DNA of 64,000 bases from Alphaproteobacteria bacterium (GCA_965220745.1 CBDCQT010000013.1:992001-1056000); one strand, 5' to 3'. Shown: positions 9,723 through 19,426, counted from the stretch's first letter. Notes: generated by a model not told the origin, from the letters alone. A program made the numbers and translations.

Positions 9723-10937
9723 CTATGTCTGGCTCGCGACGAGGCGATCGCCGAGCAGGGCCATCGCGTCACCGTCGATATTGGCCAGCGCGAAGCGGAG
9801 ATAGCCGTCCTGGTCCGGGCCGAAGGCGCTGCCCGGCAGGCAGAGCACGTTCCCTTCCCGAATGAGCCGCTGGGCGACATCGACGGCGGGCGTGCCGGCA
9901 AAGGGATGGCGCACGTAGGCGAAGAAGGCACCGGCGCAGATCAGCTCGTAGGCCAGGTCATTGCGCTCGAACACGGCGCGGAACTGGGCGACGCGCTCCA
10001 GCACGAGGCGCCGCTTGTCGGCCCGGAAGTCTGCGAGATGGTTGAGGCCGTAGAGCGCAGCCTCCTGCGCGATGGCGGGTGCGCAGATCGCGACGCAATC
10101 GGCCGCCTTGGCGACCTCGGCGAGCAGGTCGCCGGAGGCCACCAGCGCGCCGACTCGATAGCCGGTCAGGCTGTAGACCTTGGAGAAGCTGTAGAGGTGG
10201 ACCAGCGTCCGGTCCCAATCGGCACGCGCGAGCAGGCCGTGGGGCGGGCGGTCGCCGGGGAGGAAGTCGCGGTAGGTCTCGTCCAGCACCAGGGCGAGGC
10301 CGGCCTCGCGCGCGAGGCGGTGGAACTCCTCGATGACCGCCGGCGGGTAGATGGCACCCGTCGGGTTGTTGGGGGTCACCAGCACGATGGCCCGCGTATG
10401 GGGCGTGATCCGTGCTGCCGCGTCCGCCGGGTCCGGCACACCGCCGCGCTCTGGCCGGAAGGGGAGGTAGACCGGGGCGATGCCCAGCATCTCCAGCCAC
10501 ATCTGGTAGTTGAAGTAGGAGGGCGCGGCCAGGATCGCCTCGTCGCCCGGCCCGGCGAGCGACATGAGCGCAAGGCAGAAGGCCTGGTTGCAGCCCGCCG
10601 TGATCGCGACTTGATCGCGCGCGACCTTGTCGCCGTAAGCCTCCGAGAGCGCCGCGGCGAGGGCGTCGCGCAAATCGTCCCGGCCGACGATGGGGGTGTA
10701 GCGCGCCGTCTCGGGCCGGCGCACTGCCTCCGCGAGATGGGCGGTGAGCGCATCGGCCGGCGGATAGGCCGGCACCGCCTGGGCGAGATCGAGCAACGGC
10801 TTCTCGGGCGGGAACTCGCGGCCGGCCGCCAAGCTCGCGATCTCGGCGATGGGCGGCGGGATGACGGCGCTGAGCGCCGGGTTGATGCGGTAGGCGAGGC
10901 CGCCCGGCGCGTCCGTCGAAGTCGGCCTCGCGCTAAT
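9723..10937 (-). CDS. PLP-dependent aminotransferase class I/II
   Basis: LVTPNNPTG, DETY, SFSKVYSLTGYRVG. First canonical start is TTG 10832, but family-like sequence (YRINPALSAVIPPPI) continues upstream to an ATT at 10937; start uncertain. Confidence 0.88.
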   Translation of the reverse strand: MSARPTSTDAPGGLAYRINPALSAVIPPPIAEIASLAAGREFPPEKPLLDLAQAVPAYPPADALTAHLAEAVRRPETARYTPIVGRDDLRDALAAALSEAYGDKVARDQVAITAGCNQAFCLALMSLAGPGDEAILAAPSYFNYQMWLEMLGIAPVYLPFRPERGGVPDPADAAARITPHTRAIVLVTPNNPTGAIYPPAVIEEFHRLAREAGLALVLDETYRDFLPGDRPPHGLLARADWDRTLVHLYSFSKVYSLTGYRVGALVASGDLLAEVAKAADCVAICAPAIAQEAALYGLNHLADFRADKRRLVLERVAQFRAVFERNDLAYELICAGAFFAYVRHPFAGTPAVDVAQRLIREGNVLCLPGSAFGPDQDGYLRFALANIDGDAMALLGDRLVASQT

Positions 10938-12294
10938 AGGCGTATTCCTCGAAGAGCGGCTCGATGCTGCGGCCCCAGCGGCCCTCGTAGGCTTCCAGCA
11001 TGTCGTCGGCGGCGGTGCGTCCGCTCTCGGCGATCTGGCGCAGGTAGGTGAGGTAGGAGCGCTCGTCCGAATCGAGGTTGCCGGCGACCGCGCGGCGTTT
11101 GAGCCCGCCGGCCGCGATCTCCACCGTGTCGCGGGCGACCTCCTGGACCGTCCGCCCGCGGACCGTGGCGCGGAGCGCCTCCCGCGGCACCGCGCCGAGC
11201 ATCGCCGCGACGTCGTCGGCGGACCACTCAGAGACCAGCGCCTCGGCCTCGTTCAGTGCGGTCGAATCGTAGAGCAGACCGACCCAGAGCGCCGGCAGCG
11301 CGCAGACCTTGCCCCAGGGGCCGCTGTCTGCACCGCGCATCTCGATGAAGGTCTTGAGCCGGACCTCCGGGAAAACGGTGGTGAGGTGATCTTCCCAATC
11401 CTTGAGCGTCGGCCGTTCGCCGGGGAGCTGCGGCAGGGCGCCGTCGAGGAAGTCGCGGAAGGATTCGCCCGCCACGTCCACGTAGCCGCCGTCCCGCGCC
11501 ACGAAGTACATGGGCACGTCCAGCACGTAGTCGGCATAGCGCTCGAACCCCATGCCGGGCTCGAAGACGAAGCCGAGCAGGCCGCAGCGATCGGGGTCGG
11601 TATCGGTCCAGACGTGGCTGCGATAGCTGCGGAAGCCGCTCGGCTTGCCTTCGACGAAGGGCGAGATGGCGAAGAGCGCGGTGGCGACCGGCTGCAGGGC
11701 CATGGCGACGCGCATCTTGCGCACCATGTCGGTCTCGGAGTCGAAATCCAGATTCACCTGCACGGTGCAGGTGCGGGTCATCATGTCGAGGCCGAGGCTG
11801 CCCCGCGTCGGCATGTAGCGGCGCATGATTGCGTAGCGCCCCTTGGGCATCCACGGGATCGCCTCGCGCGGCGCGTCGGGGCGGAAGCCCACGCCGTAGA
11901 AGCCGATGCCGAGTTCGGCGGAGATCGTCCGCACCTGATCCAGATGCGCGTGCACCTCGTCGCAGGTGCGGTGCAGGTTGTGGAGAGGGGCGCCCGAAAG
12001 CTCGAGCTGGCCGCCCGGCTCCAGGGTCACCGACTGGCCGTCCTTGAGCAGGGCGATGGGGTTGCTGTTCTCCAGGTAGGGGGTCCAGCCGTAGCGCTGC
12101 AGCCCCTCCAGGAGCGCGCGGATTCCCCACGACCCCTCGTAGGGGAGCGGCGCGTGATCCGCGAGGCGATGGCCGAACTTCTCGTGCTCCGTGCCGATGC
12201 GCCACGCCGAGCGCGGCTTGCAGCCGGATTCGAGATAGGCGATCAGGTCGCGCCGGGTAAGCGCCTCGCCTTGCCTGGTGGCGCTTTCGTTCAC
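10933..12294 (-). CDS. gshA: glutamate--cysteine ligase (alphaproteobacterial/plant type)
   Basis: IGTEHEKF, LEPGGQLELSG, WMPKGRY, TCTVQVNLDF, FPEVRLKTFIEMRGAD. Confidence 0.96.
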   Translation of the reverse strand: MNESATRQGEALTRRDLIAYLESGCKPRSAWRIGTEHEKFGHRLADHAPLPYEGSWGIRALLEGLQRYGWTPYLENSNPIALLKDGQSVTLEPGGQLELSGAPLHNLHRTCDEVHAHLDQVRTISAELGIGFYGVGFRPDAPREAIPWMPKGRYAIMRRYMPTRGSLGLDMMTRTCTVQVNLDFDSETDMVRKMRVAMALQPVATALFAISPFVEGKPSGFRSYRSHVWTDTDPDRCGLLGFVFEPGMGFERYADYVLDVPMYFVARDGGYVDVAGESFRDFLDGALPQLPGERPTLKDWEDHLTTVFPEVRLKTFIEMRGADSGPWGKVCALPALWVGLLYDSTALNEAEALVSEWSADDVAAMLGAVPREALRATVRGRTVQEVARDTVEIAAGGLKRRAVAGNLDSDERSYLTYLRQIAESGRTAADDMLEAYEGRWGRSIEPLFEEYAY

Positions 12295-12412
12295 GCCCCC
12301 TCCCAACGGTCGCGTCGAAGTTGTGCGGGGTTTCCCCTATTCGGGCGCCGCTGTCCAGCCTATCGAACGGCGAACCGGGACATGGCAGGGCTGTGTTTGG
12401 CGCAGCGTGGCC

Positions 12413-13150
12413 TCATCGCCAGTCGCCGGCGAGGGCCTGCCAGCAGGCCAGCGCCGCTGCGACCGCGGTCTCGGCGCGCAGGATTCGGGGGCCGAGCCGG
12501 GCATGCACGGCCGCCGGATGCCCGGCGAGCAGGCGCCGCTCGGCCGGCGCGAAGCCGCCTTCGGGCCCCACCAGAATGCCGGCCGGGGCCTCGGCCAGCG
12601 ACTCGGCGACCGAGCGTTCGGCCTCGGGATCGCAGATCAGCAGCCGGCGTTCCGACGGCCAGTCGGCCAGCGCGTCGGTGAGAGAGCAGGGGGGCACGAT
12701 GGATGGCACCTCCAGGCGGCCGCACTGTTCCGCCGCCTCGATGGCATGGGCACGGAGACGCTCGACATTGACCCGCCTGGTCTGGCCGAAGCGGGTGAGG
12801 ACGGGGTGGATGGCGCCGACACCGAGCTCGGTCGCCTTCTCGACCGCGAAGCGGGTGCGCTCGGCCTTGAGCGGCGCGAACAGGAGCCGCAGGTCGGGCG
12901 CCGGAGGCTGGTCCGCGAGCCTCGTGTCCAGGCGGACGCCGGCGCGACTGGGGGCGAGGGTCTCGATGGCGCCCTCCCACTCCCCGTCGTGGCCGTTGAA
13001 GAGCCGAATCCGGTCCCCCGGCTTGCGGCGCATCACGTTGCGGAGGTAGTGGGCCTGGCCGGAGGCCAGCGTTGCCGTCGCGCCCGCGGCAAGCGGCGCC
13101 TCGACGAAGAGGCGGATGGTGCTCGGGCCGTCGTCATGCGCGCCCGCCAT
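12413..13150 (-). CDS. rsmE: 16S rRNA m3U1498 methyltransferase
   Basis: HYLRNVMR, EKATELGV, EAAEQC, VGPEGGF, LGPRILRAETA. Confidence 0.95.
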   Translation of the reverse strand: MAGAHDDGPSTIRLFVEAPLAAGATATLASGQAHYLRNVMRRKPGDRIRLFNGHDGEWEGAIETLAPSRAGVRLDTRLADQPPAPDLRLLFAPLKAERTRFAVEKATELGVGAIHPVLTRFGQTRRVNVERLRAHAIEAAEQCGRLEVPSIVPPCSLTDALADWPSERRLLICDPEAERSVAESLAEAPAGILVGPEGGFAPAERRLLAGHPAAVHARLGPRILRAETAVAAALACWQALAGDWR

Positions 13151-13200
13151 GGGCGGCTCTCCGCTTGTCAGTGTCAGGGCGCCACGATACACCAGCAACC

Positions 13201-14136
13201 ATGGCCGAGCGCCTGCACACCATGGCCGGAGCATCCGCCGGGCGTGGCCCTGGAGGGCCTGGGCCGGTCGAGCGGGCGGCGCCGCCCTTCGCCCGCCCCT
13301 TCGTCGCGCTGGCGCGGCTGGATCAGCCGGTCGGCGTCTGGCTCCTGCTCTGGCCCTGCCTCTGGGCCATTGGGCTGGCCTCCGACGGCCTGCCGGATAT
13401 CGGGCTGCTGGCGCTCTTCACCGCCGGCGCGTTCGTGATGCGGGCCGCCGGCTGCACGCTCAACGACATCTTCGACCGCGACTTCGACGCGCAGGTGGAG
13501 CGCACCCGGCGGCGGCCGCTGCCCTCCGGCGCTATCGGGGTGAAGGGGGCCGTCGCCTTCATGGCGGTGCTGCTGGGGGCGGGCCTTGCGATCCTGCTCC
13601 AGTTCAACCTGTTCGCGATCCTGCTGGGGGCGGGCTCGCTGCTGCTGGTGGTGCTCTACCCCTTGATGAAACGTATCACCTATTGGCCGCAAGCCTTTCT
13701 TGGGCTTACGTTTAACTATGGCGCGCTGCTGGGCTGGGCGGCAGTGGAAGGCGGCATCGGCTGGCCGGCGGGGCTGCTCTACGCGGGTGGCATCGCCTGG
13801 ACCCTCGGCTACGACACGATCTACGCGCACCAGGACAAGGAGGACGACCTCCTGATCGGGGTGAAGTCCAGCGCCATCGCTTTGGGCCAGCGGACGCGGC
13901 CCTTCCTGATCGCGTTCTACGTGGTCGCTGTGGCGGGGTTCGCGGGCGCCGGGGTGGCCGCAGAGGCGGCCTGGCCCTACTTCGTGGGCGCGGCGGCGGC
14001 GGCGGCCCTGCTCGGCTGGCAGGCGCTCCGGGTGCGTATCGACAGTCCCGCCGACTGCCTCGCGAAGTTCAAGAACAACAGCCTGGTGGGCCTGGCGCTC
14101 TTCGCCGGGATCGTGGCCGCGCAAGCTCTTGGTTGA
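13201..14136 (+). CDS. ubiA: 4-hydroxybenzoate polyprenyltransferase
   Basis: NDIFDRDFDAQVERT and YDTIYAHQDKEDD aspartate-rich motifs; multiple TM helices. Confidence 0.95.
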   Translation: MAERLHTMAGASAGRGPGGPGPVERAAPPFARPFVALARLDQPVGVWLLLWPCLWAIGLASDGLPDIGLLALFTAGAFVMRAAGCTLNDIFDRDFDAQVERTRRRPLPSGAIGVKGAVAFMAVLLGAGLAILLQFNLFAILLGAGSLLLVVLYPLMKRITYWPQAFLGLTFNYGALLGWAAVEGGIGWPAGLLYAGGIAWTLGYDTIYAHQDKEDDLLIGVKSSAIALGQRTRPFLIAFYVVAVAGFAGAGVAAEAAWPYFVGAAAAAALLGWQALRVRIDSPADCLAKFKNNSLVGLALFAGIVAAQALG

Positions 14137-14139
14137 AGG

Positions 14140-14955
14140 TTACGGCGCGACGGGCGTGAAGTCGGCGTAGGTGAAGGGCTGCGCCTGCGCTCTGAGCCGC
14201 GCCGTTCGCTCCTGCCTGACCGCCTCGTCGTCGACGGACTCCAGGATGAAATCGTCGAGCGGCCCCGGTACGCCGAGCATGGCCTGGATCGCCCGCAGCG
14301 CCCCGGTCTGCGAGCAGGTGCGGAAGCGCCGGCCCTCGGCCCGGATGGCGGCGAGCGCGAGTGGGTCGCCTTCCGGCGCGATGTGGCCGTAGCCGCCAAC
14401 GTAGGTGCTCACAGTCTCCATGGGCTGCAGCAGATCGGGCTCGAGGCGGATGTTGCGAAGCGGGCCGAAGCGGTAGGTGTGGCGGCGGAACTCGGTCTCG
14501 TGCATGCGGGCAAGCTGGCAGTCGTCCAGGCAGGTGATGGCGATGTGGCAGACCGTGCCGGGGGAGGGAGCGAGGGTCGCCGGCACCGCACCGTAACTGG
14601 AGATGTGCGCGGCGTGGACCACGTCAAAGCCGTGGAGCCGCGCTTCGAGGACCGGGAAGACCACGGGCTCGATGGGCGCGAACTTTCGCTGCAATCGCTC
14701 AAGCGCGGCGTTGGCGCCGTAGGCCAGCACCGGCGTGCGCTGGCCGAGGGGCGCAGGGGCGGCGAGCCCGCGTTGGCGCAGCAGGGTGTCGGCCGGCACG
14801 GATCGGCCCTCGACCTCGACCTCCGCCTCTTCCAGCACGTCGCCGAGGGCGTTGAGGCGCCACGCCTCGCCGTCCACGTAGAGGAAGGAATGCCCCGGCC
14901 GCGGGAAGGGATAGCGCTTCGCGGTCGCGACAGCCTCGGCACGGGGTGGGGTCAT
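14140..14955 (-). CDS. hypothetical protein, possible gamma-glutamylcyclotransferase-like fold
   Basis: Host-like codon usage; PVLAYGANA resembles the GGCT-fold AYGSN loop; QLARMHETE resembles the catalytic Glu region. Confidence 0.6.
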   Translation of the reverse strand: MTPPRAEAVATAKRYPFPRPGHSFLYVDGEAWRLNALGDVLEEAEVEVEGRSVPADTLLRQRGLAAPAPLGQRTPVLAYGANAALERLQRKFAPIEPVVFPVLEARLHGFDVVHAAHISSYGAVPATLAPSPGTVCHIAITCLDDCQLARMHETEFRRHTYRFGPLRNIRLEPDLLQPMETVSTYVGGYGHIAPEGDPLALAAIRAEGRRFRTCSQTGALRAIQAMLGVPGPLDDFILESVDDEAVRQERTARLRAQAQPFTYADFTPVAP

Positions 14956-15053
14956 GGGCTGCAGCGAACCACCGTCAGCGACTCCGCGTCTCTCTCCACA
15001 CCCCGCACCATGGTGCGGTGCACGGCGCGCCACGGCTGTGTCACTTTCGCGCC

Positions 15054-15536
15054 ATGAAACACGAGCGCACAAACGGCACGACGGGCGGCATGAGCGGGCG
15101 CGCGTCGGCCGGGACACGACTGCCCGCTCTCAGCAACGGCCATCGTTCGCCGGCGGCCAACGGCCGCCACGCTAGGCGGGTGCATGACCTGATCGGTCTG
15201 CACACCGAGGTCGAGCGCGCCGCGGAGCGGTGGGCGGGCGCGCTGGAAGGACGTGACGAGGGACGCACCGACCTTCTCGCGATCGAGACCCTGCGGAAGT
15301 TGGCGCTGGACTGCGCTGCGCGCCTCGGCGAGCGTGAGGAGCCGGTGAAGGCGGAGGAGACCGCGCGCCTTGCGCTCGCCCTGCGCCGCATCGAAAGCGC
15401 CGATAGGCTCAGGCGCGAGCGGGAGCGCATGGCCGCGAAAGCCGCCTCCCGCGACGGTGGGGCCGCGCAAGACGGCGATCTCACGGCAGAGACCGTCTTC
15501 GCCATCCGGCGGACCGCAGAAGGAAATTGCCATTGA
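15054..15536 (+). CDS. DUF3486 / phage Mu gp27-like protein, N-terminally degenerate
   Basis: GRTDLLAIETLRKLALD...LALALRRIESA...LTAETVFAIRR resembles the C-terminal part of Mu-like gp27 family proteins (recognised by eye). No other phage genes nearby. Confidence 0.55.
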   Translation: MKHERTNGTTGGMSGRASAGTRLPALSNGHRSPAANGRHARRVHDLIGLHTEVERAAERWAGALEGRDEGRTDLLAIETLRKLALDCAARLGEREEPVKAEETARLALALRRIESADRLRRERERMAAKAASRDGGAAQDGDLTAETVFAIRRTAEGNCH

Positions 15537-15580
15537 CAGGCTGTCGTCGGTGGCTCCCTGGCCGGCCGCCTGATTGCCGC

Positions 15581-15650
15581 GATCCCGCTTCATCCCGACT
15601 TATCCCATTTCATCCCGCCGTATCTCACTTCGTCCCGCCGTATCCGACTT
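15581..15650. repeat. 7 x 10-bp degenerate tandem repeat (core ATCCC, with 20-bp super-period)
   Basis: Units GATCCCGCTT, CATCCCGACT, TATCCCATTT, CATCCCGCCG, TATCTCACTT, CGTCCCGCCG, TATCCGACTT. Confidence 0.85.
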
Positions 15651-15766
15651 TCGCGTCGCGCGCAGTGGGGGCGGCGGACCGGCGGCGACAGGTGAGGCGC
15701 GACGCGGCGCGGGCTTGACGGGCGCCGGCGGGTGCCCATGAATGTGAGCCTCCCGCCGAGGTGCCC

Positions 15767-17275
15767 ATGGCCTATCGATCGCTGCGCGACTTCATCGCCC
15801 GCCTGGAGAGCGCGGGCCGCCTCAACCGGGTTTCGGCGCCGGTCTCGCCCCACCTGGAGATGACTGAGATCCAGACCCGCCTGATCGCGGACGAAGGGCC
15901 GGCGGTGCTGTTCGAGAACGTCGTCGGCGAGGACGACGCGCGCCACGACATGCCGGTGCTGGTTAACCTGTTCGGCACGGTGGAGCGGGTCGCCTGGGGC
16001 ATGAACCGGGAGCCCGGCGGGCTGCGCGAGGTGGGCGAGATGCTGGCCTTCCTGCGCCAGCCGGAGCCGCCGAGTGGCTGGCGCGAGGCGGTGGAGATGC
16101 TGCCGCTGCTCAACACGGTGCGCGCCATGAAGCCCCGCACCGTGGGCGGCGGGCCGGTGCAGGAGGTGGTGCTCACCGGCGAGGACATCGACCTCGGCCG
16201 GCTGCCGATCCAGACCTGCTGGCCGGGGGAGCCCGCGCCGCTCATCACCTGGCCGCTGGTGGTGACGAAGGGGCCGAGCCGGTCGCGCATCGACAACTAC
16301 AACCTCGGCATCTACCGGATGCAGGTGACCGGCCGCGACACCACGCTGATGCGCTGGCTCGCGCACCGGGGCGGCGCCCAGCAGCACCGGCGCTGGGGGC
16401 AGGAGAAGCGCGAGCCGCTGCCGGCAGCGGCGGTGATCGGCGCGGACCCCGGCACGATCCTCGCGGCGGTGACGCCGGTGCCGGATACGCTCTCGGAGTA
16501 TCAGTTCGCGGGCCTCCTGCGCGGCCAGAAGGTGGAGCTGGTGCAGGCCAAGACGGTGCCGCTCGAGGTGCCGGCCGAAGCCGAGATCGTCATCGAGGGC
16601 CATGTCAGCCTCGACGACTATCGGGACGAAGGCCCTTACGGCGATCATACAGGCTACTACAACGCGGTCGAGCCGTTCCCGGTGTTCACTGTCTCCGCCA
16701 TCACCATGCGGCGCGATCCGATCTACCTCTCGACCTATACCGGGCGCCCGCCGGACGAACCGAGCATCCTGGGCGAGGCGCTGAACGAGGTGTTCATTCC
16801 GCTGCTGGTCCAGCAGTTCCCGGAGATCGTGGATTTCTGGCTGCCGCCCGAGGGCTGCAGCTACCGCATCGCCGTGGTCTCCATCAGGAAGTCCTACGCG
16901 GGCCACGCCAAGCGGGTGATGATGGCCGTCTGGTCCTATCTGCGGCAGTTCATGTATACGAAATGGGTGATCGTGGTGGACGACGACATCGACGCGCGCG
17001 ACTGGAAGGACGTGATGTGGGCGGTTTCCACCCGCATGGACCCGGCGCGCGACATCACCATCGCCGAGAACACGCCCATCGACTATCTCGACTTCGCGAG
17101 CCCGGAGCCGGGGCTCGGCGCCAAGGTCGGCCTGGATGCGACCACCAAGATCGGGCCCGAGACCAGCCGGACCTGGGGCACGCGCATTCGCATGGCGGAC
17201 GAGATCGTGGAGCGGGTGACGGGCAAGTGGGACTCTTACGGGCTGCCGGGCTCGGGCAAGCCGATCTGGCGGTAG
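15767..17275 (+). CDS. ubiD: UbiD-family (4-hydroxy-3-polyprenylbenzoate) decarboxylase
   Basis: [50 protein letters not shown]. Confidence 0.95.
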   Translation: MAYRSLRDFIARLESAGRLNRVSAPVSPHLEMTEIQTRLIADEGPAVLFENVVGEDDARHDMPVLVNLFGTVERVAWGMNREPGGLREVGEMLAFLRQPEPPSGWREAVEMLPLLNTVRAMKPRTVGGGPVQEVVLTGEDIDLGRLPIQTCWPGEPAPLITWPLVVTKGPSRSRIDNYNLGIYRMQVTGRDTTLMRWLAHRGGAQQHRRWGQEKREPLPAAAVIGADPGTILAAVTPVPDTLSEYQFAGLLRGQKVELVQAKTVPLEVPAEAEIVIEGHVSLDDYRDEGPYGDHTGYYNAVEPFPVFTVSAITMRRDPIYLSTYTGRPPDEPSILGEALNEVFIPLLVQQFPEIVDFWLPPEGCSYRIAVVSIRKSYAGHAKRVMMAVWSYLRQFMYTKWVIVVDDDIDARDWKDVMWAVSTRMDPARDITIAENTPIDYLDFASPEPGLGAKVGLDATTKIGPETSRTWGTRIRMADEIVERVTGKWDSYGLPGSGKPIWR

Positions 17276-17300
17276 TTCGCACACATACGGGGAATACGGC

Positions 17301-18251
17301 ATGACAGGGAAAACCGCGTTCGTCACGGGCGCATCGGGCTTCATCGGCACCAACCTGGTGAAGCAGCTGGGCGAGGCCGGCTGGTCGGTGATCGCGATGC
17401 ACCGCGAGACCTCGGACCTCACCTACCTGAGCCGGTTTCCGGCATCGCTGGTGGTGGGCGACATCGGGGACCGGGATTTTCTCGAGAGCGCGATTCCCGA
17501 TGGCGTGGATGCCTTGTTCCACGTGGCCGGCAACGTGAGTTTCGATTCCGCCGGAGACGAGGCCCAGACCCATGCGAACGTGGCGGGCACGCGCGCCATC
17601 GTCGAGGCGGCGAAGGCCAGGAACGTCGGGCGCTTCATCCATACGTCCACGGGCGCGACGTGGGGTCTTCACGACGGCATGCCCATCGACGAGACCGCGC
17701 CGTCGAACGCCGACGAGCTGCCGGTCAACTATTGCCGCACCAAGAAGGCCGCCGAGGACATCGTGCTGGAGGCAGTGGCCAATGGCCTCGATGCCGTCTG
17801 CGTCAACCCCGGCAACGTGGTCGGTCCCTACGATCGGGTGATCTGGGGTCCCTTCGTGCAGGCCATCGCGAGCGGCGCCATGACCACCGTGGGCGTCGGC
17901 GGCGGCTCCTTCTGCCACATCGACGAGACCGCGAAGGCGCATATCAGCGCCTACGAGCGGGGGAGGAGAGGGGACCGCTATATCCTCGGCGGCGCCAACG
18001 AGAAGTTCGCCACCGCAGCCGGCATCGTGGCCGAGATCGTCGGCGTCGAGCCGCCACGGGCGACGAACGAGCGCAATCCCGACGCGAGCGACGAGATCCA
18101 CTTCGTCACGAACCTGGACCAGATCATGCTGTGCGACAAGGCGATACGGGAGCTCGGCTTCAAGCCGGTCCCGCTCCGCACCATGTTCGAGGATCTCTGC
18201 GCCTGGATGCGCGAGGAGGGGATGTTGCCCGCTGCCCCGGCCAGCGCCTGA
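17301..18251 (+). CDS. NAD-dependent epimerase/dehydratase (extended SDR, dihydroflavonol reductase/HpnA-like)
   Basis: VTGASGFIG, YCRTK catalytic motif, NPGNVVGP. Confidence 0.88.
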   Translation: MTGKTAFVTGASGFIGTNLVKQLGEAGWSVIAMHRETSDLTYLSRFPASLVVGDIGDRDFLESAIPDGVDALFHVAGNVSFDSAGDEAQTHANVAGTRAIVEAAKARNVGRFIHTSTGATWGLHDGMPIDETAPSNADELPVNYCRTKKAAEDIVLEAVANGLDAVCVNPGNVVGPYDRVIWGPFVQAIASGAMTTVGVGGGSFCHIDETAKAHISAYERGRRGDRYILGGANEKFATAAGIVAEIVGVEPPRATNERNPDASDEIHFVTNLDQIMLCDKAIRELGFKPVPLRTMFEDLCAWMREEGMLPAAPASA

Positions 18252-18260
18252 GCAAGTTCC

Positions 18261-18392
18261 TTACGGAACGATGCCGCCGGCCGAGAGGCCCGCGAGGACG
18301 CCGATGATGAGGACGGCGAGGCCGAGCCCCACCACATAAGGGATTCGTGCCCGCGTCAGCTCCTCGAGCGAGGGGCCGTGCTCGTCGCTCAT
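18261..18392 (-). CDS. small single-TM membrane protein (43 aa), not in ORF track
   Basis: GAGGAG RBS 9 nt before ATG; MSDEHGPSLEELTRARIPYVVGLGLAVLIIGVLAGLSAGGIVP*; GC3-rich codons; fills the gap downstream of pxpA. Confidence 0.65.
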   Translation of the reverse strand: MSDEHGPSLEELTRARIPYVVGLGLAVLIIGVLAGLSAGGIVP

Positions 18393-18480
18393 CGACGTCC
18401 ACTCCTCTGGTTAGTGCATCGCGACTCTTCAGGGTCGCGACGCCGGAAGATGCCTCAACCGGCGCCGCGTTTCCAGTCCC

Positions 18481-19275
18481 TTACTCGGCGGCCTGATGCA
18501 GCGTCGGCGCCGGGGTCAGCGGCTCCAGCGTATAGCCGTGTTCCGAGAGGGTCGCGCCGATGGTGGTGGCGAGATCGACCGCGTTCGGTCCGTCGCCGTG
18601 CAGGCAGATGCTGCGCGCCGAGATCGGCACCCGCGCGCCGTCGATGCTGAGGGTGTTGCCGGTCTCCAGGAAGAGCCCGAGCTTGTGCCGGGTGTCGTCC
18701 AAGTCCGCTCCTTCGTTGGAGCGCTTGAGCACCAGCGTGCCGTCATCGTCGTAGGGCAGGTCGAAGTAGAGCTCGCCCACCACGTCGATGCCCATGCCGG
18801 CGGCGATCTTGGTGACCGCGTGGCGCTCCACCGGCGCGGGGTAGTACATCATCGGCTCCGGACAGAGATCGATCACCGCTCGGGCGAAGGCCTCACCGAG
18901 CGCCTCGTCGTCGTTGAGCATGCGATAGAGGGCGCCGTGCGGCTTGACGTGGTGGAGCGCCATGCCGTTGGCCTCCAGCGCCGATTTCAGCGCGCCGGTC
19001 TGGTAGATCACGTAGGCGTAGAGCTCGTCCGGCGTGATCGCCATGACCCGGCGGCCGAAGCCCATGAGGTCCGGTAGTCCCGGATGGGAGCCCACGGCCA
19101 CGCCGTTCTCCTTGGCGAGCGCGATGGTCTTCATCATGGTCATGGGGTCGCCGGCATGGAAGCCGCAGGCGACGTTCGCGGTGGTGATGTGGGGCATGAG
19201 CGCCTCGTCCGCCCCCATGACCCAATTGCCGAAGCTCTCGCCGCAATCGATGTTGATGTCGAAGGTGCCGGCCAT
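18481..19275 (-). CDS. pxpA: 5-oxoprolinase subunit A (LamB/YcsF family)
   Basis: DINIDCGESFG, ANVACGFHAGDP, GSHPGLPDLMGFGRR, HVKPHGALY, ICLHGD. Confidence 0.92.
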   Translation of the reverse strand: MAGTFDINIDCGESFGNWVMGADEALMPHITTANVACGFHAGDPMTMMKTIALAKENGVAVGSHPGLPDLMGFGRRVMAITPDELYAYVIYQTGALKSALEANGMALHHVKPHGALYRMLNDDEALGEAFARAVIDLCPEPMMYYPAPVERHAVTKIAAGMGIDVVGELYFDLPYDDDGTLVLKRSNEGADLDDTRHKLGLFLETGNTLSIDGARVPISARSICLHGDGPNAVDLATTIGATLSEHGYTLEPLTPAPTLHQAAE

Positions 19276-19426
19276 GCCTCGATCTCCTCGTCAGGCGTGT
19301 GTCTCGCGCCATCATGCCTTGGTCCCGCGCCAGCGGGAAGAGTGAAGGGTGCCGCCGGTCGAGGCTGGCAGCCAGCGGCGGTTCTTGCTACAAGGCGCCG
19401 TTCTCCCCGGATCATCGGTCTGCGAC

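Noticed and set aside
15581-15650. Possible CRISPR array
   Set aside because: The 10-bp units are contiguous with no spacers, and no cas genes are present.
15590-17422. Long antisense ORFs (e.g. 610 aa here, 19412-21115, 21678-23348, 27702-29408, 51277-52695)
   Set aside because: Shadow ORFs opposite well-conserved genes, with no motifs of their own.
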